DNA of 37,140 nt from NCBI GenBank assembly GCA_964452145.1, contig CAYVLA010000021.1, positions 1 to 37,140 on the forward strand, given 5' to 3'. A program made the position numbers and the translations under genes. Below are positions 6,780 through 16,484 of this stretch, in pieces. Numbering within the stretch: the stretch's first letter is position 1; each line of letters starts with the position of its first letter. The stretch comes from Candidatus Hadarchaeota archaeon (GTDB lineage: Archaea > CAYQAE01 > CAYVLA01). Under the pieces are notes generated by a model. It did not search any database. It was not told the DNA's origin and was given only the letters and a program-made list of their open reading frames with translations.

Positions 6780-9464
6780 CTAGACACTCGGAGCGGTCGC
6801 CAAGGGATCACTCGCGATCATGAGCTTGTCGACCTCCGCAACGAAGACGGGAGACAGGTCCCTCATATCCTTGACGAAGAAGAGGCTGCCGCCCCCGATC
6901 TCAGCTATCTGGGCCGCCAATTCCGGGTTGTACGAATGTCCTCCGTTCGACTCCTCATCGTCGCTGCCGATGCAGACCACGGATATCGAGATCCCGTACC
7001 TCGATGCCAGCCTCGCGCATCTGCGAGCATACTCGGAGGCAAACTGCTTCGGCTTGGGATGGGTAGCATCACCATCGGTTAGCAGAATCATCTGCTTCCT
7101 CCTATCACCCTCGATCGACCCGTCGATCGGCTCACCTTTCCTGGCACGCTCTTCTCCCACGAGGAGATCGATCGCCCTTCGAATCCCTGCGGCGAGGTTC
7201 GTGCCCCCTCTTGGGAGAAGGTTGGCGACCTTCGCGATGGTCAGGTTCCGTTCCGCGCCGAGCTCCGAGACTTCGGTGGAGAGATCCCTGAAGCCGACAA
7301 CCCCGACCCTGTTTCCGTACCGTTCTGCGATTATGGTCATGACCACGATTGCCTGCTTGGCGTACCAGAGCTTCTCGCCGTAGGCCATGCTTCCCGAAAG
7401 ATCCAGAACGACCACAACATCAGCATCCCCCCTCATTATGAGTTGCCTCATTTCCGGCTCCCTCTCGTAGACACAGAGGTTGTCCCGGCCAACGCTCAGC
7501 CGACCAGTCCTGACGGTGTCTCGAATCGTCTCCCTGACCGCGATATCCTTGTACGAGTCCCCCCTCCGATACTTCCTCACGTCCTTGATGTCGGAGCTCG
7601 GCAGCGGCGGCAGCTCCTGGTATTCAACTCCCTGCAGGGCATCGCATACCCTCTTCAATATCCTTTCATCTACATCGGAGACCAGGAACTTGGAGACCCG
7701 ATGTGTAAAGGAGACTTCCTTCTCCCCCTTGATGAGCCCCTCCCTGAGGAGATGCTTCCTCAGATCCTCGATGAGCTGGTTCTCGGGCCTCAGCCCGCCC
7801 GCACGGTCCGGTCCTGAGACGAGTCTGGACAGCTCGGGGTAGCGCTCCGGCTTGCTCTTCACCAGATCCGCGATGTCGGATAGGGAGGCGCGATCCTTCG
7901 CTCTTTCGGCATAGAGCTCGTCCCGGGCGGACGAGATCTCTTTGATGGTCTTTCCAAGGGCATCTCCCTCCAGCGTCTGTGAAAGGGGAGAGACCTCCTC
8001 TGCGATGTTGCGGTAGAGCCTTGTGAGCGGTTCCCAGGAAATCCCGAGCCTCCTTCTGAGGGAAACCATCAGCCGGGAGTCCCGGATGCTCGCACCCACG
8101 CCGAGTCGATCCAACGCGAAGGTGGACAGGACAACCACCAAGATGAAGGACAGAACCAGAAGGAAGGGCTGTATGCCAGCGTGGGGAAGACCCGATCCCT
8201 GTCCGCTCGGCTGGCTCTCATCCCCTCCACCGCCGTACAGACGTTCGGTGTAGTTGCTGACAAACCATGTCTGATTGCCGAGCTTGACGTACAGAGTGTC
8301 CTTCTCGGAGTCGTACACCGTCCTGACGTCCTCCGCATCATAGGTTGGCCCGAGCGCGTCCTCGATCTCCTGCAGCACGCTGTCGTCGACTTTGGGCAAC
8401 TCGGTGCCACCTTCGGGCAGATTCGGCGAAGTGTACGGCTGAAGCCCGCCTCCTCCCTCATCGGGCTCCAGGAAAGAGGGAGGGGCAGGGGCACCGGCTT
8501 TCATCGCCACAAAAAGAGCGGCGAACACGACGAGCACCAACCCGATCGCTGCAACGATCCGTAGATTGGCCGCCTTCATCAGCCTGCCCCAGCCGCCTCT
8601 GCCTTTCTGCGAGATCCTCAGCGACACCACGGCATCTTCGAATATGCTCTTCGCCAACTCCTTGTTGGTCTTCCAGGAGAAGGGGTTCGGCTTTATCGAA
8701 TGAGCGAATGAGGCATAGCAGGAGTTACGCAAGTCGTCGGCATCGGGCTCTCGATCAGACAGCTCCATGCATGCACACACGTTCTCGACGAACCTGATCC
8801 CGGATCTGGTGCTCGCGCCCGACTCCAGGTCGGCGTGGCTGCGGCTCCTCTTCAGGAACCTGGAAGCCAGTCTTGGAACGTACAAGGGTGGAGAATGGCT
8901 GACAGAGCAATGGCCTTCGATGAAACGCTGCTCCTCCTCTTCGTTCTGGGGGTAGCTCATGCGAACGACCTGGAAGCGGTCCTGAAGCCTCTCGTCGAGC
9001 TCGCATTTCGTCGAGGTCGCAACTACCATCACATCGACCCTTGCCTCGATCTGGCCCACCGAGATGACGCCTTCATCCATGAAGTCGGCCAGCATTCCCG
9101 CGAGCTTCGGGGGCAAGTTGTCAAGGTCCTTGAGGAAGAGCACCCCGCCGTTGGCCTTCGCAAGGATTCCGGGAACGTAGGATCTCTCATCGCCGTATCC
9201 GAACTTCCTCAGGGCAAGTGGATCCACATCCCCGAAGAAATCCTCTTTCCGGATGTTGGGCGAACAACACACGGTCTGGCAGGGCAGCCCCAGAGCTCTC
9301 ACAACCGCCGACGCCACAAGATCCTTGAGGCTCCCGCCTGGACCGATGATGAGGATGGGTCTACCGGTCAAGGCCGCGGTGATCAGGTCGGCCCGTTCCT
9401 CCGGTGACAACAGGCTCTCCGAGATCTCGGCCTCCAGCCTCTGGACGAGAAGCCCATCCTTCAT
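6780..9464 (-). CDS. ChlD/MoxR-like degenerate AAA+ domain, two TM helices and C-terminal vWA domain
   Basis: N-terminal AAA-like fold (GPGGSLKD, GDVDP, PGILAKANGGVLFLKD, LQDRF); two hydrophobic helices; vWA MIDAS residues DLSGSM, GGTN and LLTDG; ATGA overlap with the upstream ATPase. Confidence 0.88.
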   Translation of the reverse strand: MKDGLLVQRLEAEISESLLSPEERADLITAALTGRPILIIGPGGSLKDLVASAVVRALGLPCQTVCCSPNIRKEDFFGDVDPLALRKFGYGDERSYVPGILAKANGGVLFLKDLDNLPPKLAGMLADFMDEGVISVGQIEARVDVMVVATSTKCELDERLQDRFQVVRMSYPQNEEEEQRFIEGHCSVSHSPPLYVPRLASRFLKRSRSHADLESGASTRSGIRFVENVCACMELSDREPDADDLRNSCYASFAHSIKPNPFSWKTNKELAKSIFEDAVVSLRISQKGRGGWGRLMKAANLRIVAAIGLVLVVFAALFVAMKAGAPAPPSFLEPDEGGGGLQPYTSPNLPEGGTELPKVDDSVLQEIEDALGPTYDAEDVRTVYDSEKDTLYVKLGNQTWFVSNYTERLYGGGGDESQPSGQGSGLPHAGIQPFLLVLSFILVVVLSTFALDRLGVGASIRDSRLMVSLRRRLGISWEPLTRLYRNIAEEVSPLSQTLEGDALGKTIKEISSARDELYAERAKDRASLSDIADLVKSKPERYPELSRLVSGPDRAGGLRPENQLIEDLRKHLLREGLIKGEKEVSFTHRVSKFLVSDVDERILKRVCDALQGVEYQELPPLPSSDIKDVRKYRRGDSYKDIAVRETIRDTVRTGRLSVGRDNLCVYEREPEMRQLIMRGDADVVVVLDLSGSMAYGEKLWYAKQAIVVMTIIAERYGNRVGVVGFRDLSTEVSELGAERNLTIAKVANLLPRGGTNLAAGIRRAIDLLVGEERARKGEPIDGSIEGDRRKQMILLTDGDATHPKPKQFASEYARRCARLASRYGISISVVCIGSDDEESNGGHSYNPELAAQIAEIGGGSLFFVKDMRDLSPVFVAEVDKLMIASDPLATAPSV

Positions 9465-10489
9465 CTAAGGTACCATCCGTACTGGTGCAGGGTCTCAAGT
9501 CCGGATTTCCTGGCATCTGCCTGTGACATCCCGGTTGCAGCGGGCAGCACCGAGCAGAGAGCGTCGTAGAGATCCCTCGGACCTGCCACGCGCGAGGCCC
9601 GCATCAAGGCGTAGGCCTGGGTCTTTTCATAGATCTTTATGCTTGCCCTGACGCTGGCCGGCTTGGAGGACGGTTCATCCCCCCGCGTCCTCTGCACCGC
9701 TCGACATATGGCTTCTATCATCATGCCATCGACTTCGACGCCGAGCTTGTGCGCTTCGTTCACGATGATCGTGGTCTCCTCGTCGATTGTCGATGGATAG
9801 GTCATCTCTATCACGTCGACTCGATCTAGGAGAACGTCGATCAGCGGAACATCCCCCGACTCGGCTGAGAGATTCGATGTGGCGACCATAAGGAACTCAG
9901 CCGGGTAGTCAACATCATAACCGGATATTGTGGCCTTCCCTTCGTCCAGAACTTGCAGGAAGGCTCCCTGCAGCCTCTGGGGCATCTTGGCAATCTCGTC
10001 GCAGAAGACGATGCCGTTGTTGCCTTTGAGCAGTTTTCCTGGCGTGAAGGCCCTGTAGTCGGTAGGCGAATACTTGAAGGCTGCGACGGGATCTATGTCC
10101 CCCAAGAGGTCCTGTACCGTCAGATCGGGGCTTCCCTGAATTCTCACAAATCTCTCCAAGCCCGAGATCATCTTGGTCGGCACGGGTTGCACTTCTCTCT
10201 GTTCCGTGGAGTACCTGTGCGAGCAGACTGGGCATGAGATCCGGCCCGGCTGGCAATTGAACTCACAGCCGTCGATCACCTCAATGGGACGCAGCAGTTT
10301 GGCCATTTCCTTGGCCATCGTTGTCTTGCCACAACCCCTGGGACCTTTGAGGATGACGTCGTGGCCAGCCACGACCGACGCCAGGAACTGCTTCTTTGCC
10401 TCCTTCTGACCGATGATTCGCGAGAGCGGGTCCTCACCTCGCTTGACGCAATCGATTAGTTTGTCCCTCAATTCCTGCTTTATCCCCAT
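9461..10489 (-). CDS. ChlI/MoxR-like AAA+ ATPase
   Basis: IIGQKEAK, Walker A GPRGCGKTT, Cys cluster GCEFNC...CPVC, RIQGSPDLT, Walker B IVFCDEI, LLDRV. ATG at 10489 chosen (TTG at 10507 possible). Confidence 0.9.
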   Translation of the reverse strand: MGIKQELRDKLIDCVKRGEDPLSRIIGQKEAKKQFLASVVAGHDVILKGPRGCGKTTMAKEMAKLLRPIEVIDGCEFNCQPGRISCPVCSHRYSTEQREVQPVPTKMISGLERFVRIQGSPDLTVQDLLGDIDPVAAFKYSPTDYRAFTPGKLLKGNNGIVFCDEIAKMPQRLQGAFLQVLDEGKATISGYDVDYPAEFLMVATSNLSAESGDVPLIDVLLDRVDVIEMTYPSTIDEETTIIVNEAHKLGVEVDGMMIEAICRAVQRTRGDEPSSKPASVRASIKIYEKTQAYALMRASRVAGPRDLYDALCSVLPAATGMSQADARKSGLETLHQYGWYLR

Positions 10490-10589
10490 CTTCCTCGAAC
10501 CCGACAAGGGTGTGGAGGGACATCGTATAACTGTATCGTAGGGCCAGATCGCGTGCGCGAATCCTGCTCCTCATCAACCCGCCAGAGAT

Positions 10590-10740
10590 GACAAATCCTG
10601 ATTTCACTTTACGTAACCAAAGAACCACTTGCGTTATTATTGGTGACACAATCGCTAATAATTGTAAATAAGAGTTATATTTCCGGGACCCGGAGCTTAA
10701 CCTTACCGGAGACAACGTAAGATTAATAAGCCAAATGAGC
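10590..10740. promoter_or_regulatory. AT-rich divergent promoter region with dyad elements
   Basis: Markedly AT-rich relative to flanks; TTACGTAA 10609-10616, TCCGGG-A-CCCGGA 10682-10694, CTTAC-N10-GTAAG 10702-10721, TATA-like TTAATAAG 10723-10730. Confidence 0.55.
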
Positions 10741-10750
10741 GCGCGGCGAA

Positions 10751-11575
10751 GTGCTCTCTGATGATGACTTCGCTTTTAGGGGGTTTCAATTGGACGATTA
10801 CATACTCTTCTCCAAGAACGGTGAGGGTTCCTTCGAGGTCAAGATCCCGTTCTCGCCGGACTCGCTGAGCCAGGTATCCGACCTTTTGACCAAGGAAGGT
10901 CTACTCGTCCACAAGGGCGAGATCGACAAGCTTCAGGCTCAGCTCGCCGAACTCAAGGCCCTGATCGAAGACATGAGGAAGGAGAGCGAGGGGTTTGGTC
11001 GCCTCGTGCGTGACATGCTCAAGGGGCTCAAGGAAGGCGAACCCAAAGTCGAACGCCCGGCGTCGGTTGCAGTTCAACTGCCCACTGCCGGCAAGGAGGA
11101 GCCACAGCTTCGGGAAGACAAGATATCCATGCTTCCTTCGGCGAAGACGAAGGCATATGAGTTGATCAGCCGCCTGGCGAAGGAACACATGGACAAGCAG
11201 TTCACGACGACGAATCTGACGCTCTATGAGAAGAGGGTCTTCTCGCTTCTCGTCAAGAGATACGACTTCGTTGAGAAAATCAGGAAGGATGGCAGAAGCA
11301 TAGTCTACAAGTTCTCTGAGCCCGCTCTGGAATCGATATGCAGGGAGGTCGGCGGATCCACCTCGATCTCGGTCACCTCCCGCGTCCGTTCAAGGACTCT
11401 GGACGAATTCCTGGAGAGCATGAAGCAGAGGTACCCGTACTTCGCTTTCATTCCGACTTCCACCCAGTCCGCCTACAAGCAGTACAAGCTGCTGTTCTGC
11501 GACAGGTCGGTCAAGAAGTCGGTGATGGACAACATCTCCAGAATGTTCGGGCCCAGCGGAGTCAAGTTCTCCTAA
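10751..11575 (+). CDS. Hypothetical protein with coiled coil and possible winged-helix domain
   Basis: Long ORF with genome-like codon usage; heptad segment EIDKLQAQLAELKALIEDMRKE; wing-like VEKIRKDGRSIVYKFS. Confidence 0.7.
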   Translation: MLSDDDFAFRGFQLDDYILFSKNGEGSFEVKIPFSPDSLSQVSDLLTKEGLLVHKGEIDKLQAQLAELKALIEDMRKESEGFGRLVRDMLKGLKEGEPKVERPASVAVQLPTAGKEEPQLREDKISMLPSAKTKAYELISRLAKEHMDKQFTTTNLTLYEKRVFSLLVKRYDFVEKIRKDGRSIVYKFSEPALESICREVGGSTSISVTSRVRSRTLDEFLESMKQRYPYFAFIPTSTQSAYKQYKLLFCDRSVKKSVMDNISRMFGPSGVKFS

Positions 11576-12489
11576 CCGTTTCTGTGGACATCTCCGCGAT
11601 CAAGCCCGATGATGACATGGTAGACGACGTCCCCGACGATCTTCAGGCTCCGGGGATCGATCTTGTCCATATCGTCCTTCGCAGTGTGCCAGTACGAATT
11701 CCAAGGACCGTAATTGAAGTCTATCAGGACGCACGATGGAACCCCGATCTCGACAAATGGCAGGTGATCATCGATCACCCGCTTCGTCGACTCAGCGAAG
11801 TACCTCCTGTAGCCCAGAGCCCTGGCCCTTGACCAGATGTAGTCAGCCAGGAGAGGATCGGAGTTAGCATCCCTGAGTATCTTGAGGTTCCTGTCACCGA
11901 TCATGTCGACAACGATCATCCAGCTGATGTTGCGCCGCTCGGCTTTCACTCTGGCGGCGAGATGCCTGCTCCCATAGAACATCGTCTCCACGCTGTCCCC
12001 CGAGTCCTCCCCGTCGAAGAAGACGAGCCAAACTGTGTGGTTGAGGAATCCCCGGGGAAGGATCCTGGCCATCTCCATCAGAAGCCCGGCACTGGATCCG
12101 CCGTCGTTGGCCCCTGGAATGTCCTTCGTGTCATAGTGCCCCCCCAATGCGATGATATCGGTCGTCCGCCCGGGCACGACGGCGATGATGTTCTCCATGG
12201 CATACTCCTGTCCGAAATGCTCGACCCTGAACCTGTCCCTGATCACTTCCAAACCCAACCCCTGAAGATGGGCACTTATCTGGTCTCTGGCCCGGCGTAC
12301 GGACTCGGAACCGATTGTCCTCGGGCCCAGCGCGACCAGATCCCGGATGTGGTCATAGGCCGTGTCACCGCAAAAGGCGGAAAGGTTTGTTTTTTCCAAA
12401 TAAACGCTTGGCCCATGCCTATACAGCGTGATCAGGCCTAGAAGGCCCGAAATGGTCAAAAGAAGGATCGCCAGAATCTTTTCTTTCAT
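11572..12489 (-). CDS. M28 family Zn peptidase / glutaminyl-cyclase-like, with N-terminal signal or anchor
   Basis: GGHYDT, GANDGGSSAG, FFDGED, DMIGD, DDHLPF and YWHT motifs; hydrophobic N-terminus. Confidence 0.92.
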   Translation of the reverse strand: MKEKILAILLLTISGLLGLITLYRHGPSVYLEKTNLSAFCGDTAYDHIRDLVALGPRTIGSESVRRARDQISAHLQGLGLEVIRDRFRVEHFGQEYAMENIIAVVPGRTTDIIALGGHYDTKDIPGANDGGSSAGLLMEMARILPRGFLNHTVWLVFFDGEDSGDSVETMFYGSRHLAARVKAERRNISWMIVVDMIGDRNLKILRDANSDPLLADYIWSRARALGYRRYFAESTKRVIDDHLPFVEIGVPSCVLIDFNYGPWNSYWHTAKDDMDKIDPRSLKIVGDVVYHVIIGLDRGDVHRNG

Positions 12490-12546
12490 GATAAGATATT
12501 AATAACCTGCAGCGGGCTTTAATAAACTTCTTCGAGAGGTCCCAAG

Positions 12547-14037
12547 TTGCACCCCCCGAGGCTCGGGCCGATCTGTCTGGTCTCAATCCTTCTGTGCGCA
12601 TCAGTCCTCGCCTTCATCAAGGTTGACAGCACGCCCTACTTCCTTCGGGACAACGAGGGTTACACCGCATACTGGAACCTATCCTATTCCATCAAGGTCG
12701 ACGACATGGAGCTGCGTCTCGTTGTCGGCCCGGCCGAGACCTCGTGGGGCACGGGGACCAAAGTCATGAACTGGGGGGGCGAGATAGTGTCGGTCATGAT
12801 CGACGACGACGAGTTGATGAGGAGATCGAGCTTCGGGGACTACTTGTCGAATGACCCCATTGCACGATTGTCCTTCATCGGGATTGGCGGACTCGTATCG
12901 CCCTACAACGCCCCCATGGGGATCAACCCTCCAGACGCTCCGAGTGCGACGCTGACCTGGCAGAGCACGGGCGAGGAGGATCGGGCTGCATGGACCTCCA
13001 CATACCGTTACTCGCCCGGTGATACGATGGCCTGGCTTAACCGGACCTTCGTTCTGAATTCGACCCTGCAGGTGGACTGCGACTACGAGGTTACCTCCGA
13101 GTATCAGGCCCTTCAACAGAGAATAACGGTAACCAACGGTGATGCGGAGCAATACCTACCCTTCCCCGTGGAGACCTCGTTCTGCCTCGGGACTAGGCTC
13201 AAAGGCAGGGGAATCCGGCTCCCCAACATGACCTTGGCGCAGGATAACTACCTAGCCTACCCGAGACCGTTGCCCCTGGAATGGTACAACGGAACGCTGG
13301 GCAGATACGACGTCCCCGCCGTGATGTGGGATCAAAGCGAGTTCCCCGGAATGCTATACGTTGAGTTCGACGCGGCGACAGGGGACTGGTGGGGAGTCTG
13401 TACCATTACCACGTACGCCTATGACATGAAGGGTGGCGTTGGCATCAAGCTCATCTCCAGCGACATGCCATCGGGCTTCAGGCCCTACTGCATCTTCGTC
13501 TCGGGACCAGAGGACCATGTCACATTCGGCTTCAAACCATTCGATCAGGCGGGTCCGTACGATGATTTCGTCCCTGTGAAGCTTGCACCGCGGCAGAGCG
13601 TTTCGGTCGAGCTGCTGTGGTTCTTTCCGGAGCCAAAGGGCGAGACGATGTCCATGACCGACTTCGAGGAGTGGGCGCAGGCCGCCATCTCGATCTCGGA
13701 GTTCAGCGACCGTAGAGCCCAAGCCGAGAAGAAGCTGCAGGAGGCGAACGACCTGGCAGCCGCGGGAGAAGTGGATGAGGCGGTGGAGAGGGCCACCTCA
13801 TCGATGAGGATTCTGCAGGAACTGGGCGTTCTATCCGATGCGGTGTTGGAGGAGGGAAGGAAGGTGAACGCCACGATCCTCGCATGGAAGGCGGCGGCCG
13901 CCCGTGCTGCCCCACAACCCGAGAGGGGGAGCCGGGCGTCCCTCCTGTACTCATCGCTGTTGGTCATCTTCCTGATAGTTGGTTTGGCCGGATGGCTCTA
14001 CTTCGTAAAGCCCCGCAGGTCGGGTTCCGAGGGCTGA
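12547..14037 (+). CDS. Putative membrane-anchored surface glycoprotein
   Basis: Signal-peptide-like N-terminus, several N-x-S/T sequons (NLS, NRT, NST, NMT, NGT, NAT), C-terminal TM helix followed by KPRR. Confidence 0.75.
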   Translation: MHPPRLGPICLVSILLCASVLAFIKVDSTPYFLRDNEGYTAYWNLSYSIKVDDMELRLVVGPAETSWGTGTKVMNWGGEIVSVMIDDDELMRRSSFGDYLSNDPIARLSFIGIGGLVSPYNAPMGINPPDAPSATLTWQSTGEEDRAAWTSTYRYSPGDTMAWLNRTFVLNSTLQVDCDYEVTSEYQALQQRITVTNGDAEQYLPFPVETSFCLGTRLKGRGIRLPNMTLAQDNYLAYPRPLPLEWYNGTLGRYDVPAVMWDQSEFPGMLYVEFDAATGDWWGVCTITTYAYDMKGGVGIKLISSDMPSGFRPYCIFVSGPEDHVTFGFKPFDQAGPYDDFVPVKLAPRQSVSVELLWFFPEPKGETMSMTDFEEWAQAAISISEFSDRRAQAEKKLQEANDLAAAGEVDEAVERATSSMRILQELGVLSDAVLEEGRKVNATILAWKAAAARAAPQPERGSRASLLYSSLLVIFLIVGLAGWLYFVKPRRSGSEG

Positions 14038-14520
14038 TTCTCCCCGGCTCACACCTATCCTTGCGACCATCGATATCGCGTCCTCTCCATCCCTGTAATA
14101 CCGGGCCATGACGCCGGCCTCCCGGTATCCCAGCGAGTGGTAGAGATTGATGGCAGGCTTGTTGCTGGCCCTCACCTCCAGGCGTATCGCTAGGACCCCG
14201 AGCCTTTGGAGTTCCGACGAGACGCTGTCCATCAGGGCCCTCGCTATCCCCCTTCTCCTCTCATTCTCCCTAACCGCAAGCGAGATTATGTGGCCCTCGT
14301 TCCTGCTCCTGATGTCCCCGATCAGATACCCGACGACTCCCTTGTCGTTCTCGGCCACGATGAAGGTGGTGGGGTTCAGCCTCAACAAGAAACGAAGGTA
14401 TCCCAATGGATACGGATTGGGGAAGGACCTCTCCTCTATTCTGAGGATCGCGGTCAGATCCGAATCCCTCGCTGGCCTTATGTCGATCCTCACTCCGTTG
14501 GGAAGCATGAGGTTCTGCAT
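13951..14520 (-). CDS. rimI: RimI/Ard1-like GNAT N-acetyltransferase
   Basis: IEERSFPNPY, GHIISLAV, RRRGIARALM, LEVRASNKPAINLY, YYRDGEDA. Start moved to ATG 14520 because the upstream part of the ORF looks like promoter sequence. Confidence 0.88.
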   Translation of the reverse strand: MQNLMLPNGVRIDIRPARDSDLTAILRIEERSFPNPYPLGYLRFLLRLNPTTFIVAENDKGVVGYLIGDIRSRNEGHIISLAVRENERRRGIARALMDSVSSELQRLGVLAIRLEVRASNKPAINLYHSLGYREAGVMARYYRDGEDAISMVARIGVSRGESALGTRPAGLYEVEPSGQTNYQEDDQQR

Positions 14521-14747
14521 GAAGGTGACCCATCGCATCTCCAAAGTGCCTAAAATATATGCCGCCGGCAGCCTCAGCCCCAGCACTTCAGCACCCCGGC
14601 AGCCAAACGCAAACCGTGCGACGATCGCCAAGGCCCGCTGACGTTCAAGCCCTGTATTCTTAGCCGCGCTGCGTTCAATCTTGTAGGTTTTCTGATTCAT
14701 CGCAGCGACATATTTCAGCGGCTACAGTCCTCCGGACTCCCGGCGAT

Positions 14748-15161
14748 GTGAACGGCTTGAGCAACAAGAGCCGAGGCTGCAACTACGAACGACAGTTGGT
14801 CGACCTTCTTCACAATGTTGGCTACGTAGCCGTTAGAGTCGCTGGAAGCGGGGCCAAACCTCTTCCGTGCCCGGATGTCGTTGCATGCCGGAAGGGCACC
14901 ATACTCGCCATAGAGTGCAAGACCACGAGGAAGAACCAGGTGTATATCTCGGACGACCAGATGCAGGATCTCGCACTGTATTCCAAAGCCGCCGGTGCTA
15001 GGCCCTATGTCGCCGTAAGGTTCACCCAGCAACCATGGATCTTCTTCCCGCCATCCAGGATTCCCAGGACCAACGGGAACGTCTCCGTCGTGTCACGCGA
15101 GATGCTGGCGAAGGGATTAACCCTTGCCGACATAGGTGCCCAGGCCACCGACGGTGCATAG
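14748..15161 (+). CDS. hjc: Archaeal Holliday junction resolvase
   Basis: G..YERQL, RVAGSG, PDVVA and IECK (PD-(D/E)xK) motifs. Confidence 0.92.
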   Translation: MNGLSNKSRGCNYERQLVDLLHNVGYVAVRVAGSGAKPLPCPDVVACRKGTILAIECKTTRKNQVYISDDQMQDLALYSKAAGARPYVAVRFTQQPWIFFPPSRIPRTNGNVSVVSREMLAKGLTLADIGAQATDGA

Positions 15162-15164
15162 GTC

Positions 15165-16229
15165 TTGCAGATTCTCAAACTCGATCTGAAGAACGATCTG
15201 GTGAAGCTCCGGCCAGAAAACCTGGACGACCTCTGGATCATCTACAACACGGCGCAGCCAGGGGACATGGTCCTCGCAAACACGTTCCGAAGGGAGAAGA
15301 TTGCGCGTGAGGATGCCCGACCGGACAGTGGTGAGCGTAAGCCGATCTTCCTCGGGATCAGGATCACCAAAGTGGAATTCCACAAGTATGTCAACATGGT
15401 TCGCCTGATAGGCAGAATCGAGCAAGGCGTGGACATCGGGGAACACCACACGGTCAACGTGATGATCGGGTCCACCTTCTCGCTGGTCAGGAAATGGAAG
15501 AATGCCGAGATCGAGTTCCTGAGGGAGGCCGCCAGGGACAGCAACCGACCCATGGTCCTTGCCGTGTGCTTGGATGAAGGGGACGCGACCTTCGCCGTTG
15601 TGAGGCAAAGAGGGGTCGACTTCATCGACGAAGTCACCATGAGCATCCCGGGCAAGAGGGAGGACGGGGCCAGGGAGGCTGCCAAGAAGCAGTTCCATGC
15701 TGCCGTGGCCCGGGCCATCTGGACCGCCGCGAGCTCAAGAGGCCTGAAGGATGTGCTCATCGTCGGGCCCGAACTCACCAGGATCGGTCTGAAGAAGTTC
15801 CTTGAGGATCGAAGCGGGGAAATCCCCAAACATCTGAACATCTCCTACGACACCTGTTACTCCCCGGGGCGCCCGGGCATATACGAGGCCATACGGAGGG
15901 GATCCATCGACAGGATCGCGAGATCCAACAGGGTGTCCACGGAGATGTCCGAGGTGGAGAGGTTTCTGGGGGAGATAGCCAAGGACGGCAAGGCGACCTA
16001 CGGCTTCTCGGAGGTGGTCAACGCCGTGGGTTCGGGGGCTGTGGAAACCCTTCTGATGACCGACAGCTTCTTTCGGGAGAGGAGGGACGAAGCAAACAAG
16101 TTGATGGCCGACGTCGAGAGATACTCGGGCCACCACATCATGATCAGCACCGACCATGAGGGCGGGGTGAAGCTGGACTCCCTCGGGGGGCTGGTTGCCA
16201 TCCTGCGATATCGCCTAGCATTGCCGTGA
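15165..16229 (+). CDS. pelA: Pelota (aDom34) mRNA surveillance / ribosome rescue factor
   Basis: PENLDDLW, GEHHTV, ATYG..EV..A...GAVETLL and G.KLDSLGGLVAILRY motifs. Confidence 0.95.
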   Translation: MQILKLDLKNDLVKLRPENLDDLWIIYNTAQPGDMVLANTFRREKIAREDARPDSGERKPIFLGIRITKVEFHKYVNMVRLIGRIEQGVDIGEHHTVNVMIGSTFSLVRKWKNAEIEFLREAARDSNRPMVLAVCLDEGDATFAVVRQRGVDFIDEVTMSIPGKREDGAREAAKKQFHAAVARAIWTAASSRGLKDVLIVGPELTRIGLKKFLEDRSGEIPKHLNISYDTCYSPGRPGIYEAIRRGSIDRIARSNRVSTEMSEVERFLGEIAKDGKATYGFSEVVNAVGSGAVETLLMTDSFFRERRDEANKLMADVERYSGHHIMISTDHEGGVKLDSLGGLVAILRYRLALP

Positions 16230-16484
16230 GGAAGCCGGCTTCCGGAGGCGCCACCATCTGCGGCCCAGCTTTGGGCAGGATCGAGGCCGATTCGGACCGG
16301 CAAGCCACTTCATTCCCTCGCTGCCGAGGGGGGTGGTTGAGGTGAGAGGAACCCCATCCTGTGCGGGTTTCCTGGCGCTGTCGGGCAAGGAAACAAACTT
16401 AAAGGAATGAAAACCCGGTGCGCTGCACCGGACGACGTCCGGACGGCGAATCAGTAAACGGACAGACAAGACGGAGGTAGCATC

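Noticed and set aside
6640..6780. 5S rRNA or tRNA in the structured spacer
   Set aside because: Lacks the conserved 5S loop sequences in the right context and has no cloverleaf or T-loop on either strand.
6780..10489. Magnesium chelatase or chlorophyll biosynthesis interpretation
   Set aside because: No ChlH/CobN or tetrapyrrole genes nearby; ChlI-like ATPases with vWA partners are widespread in non-phototrophic archaea.
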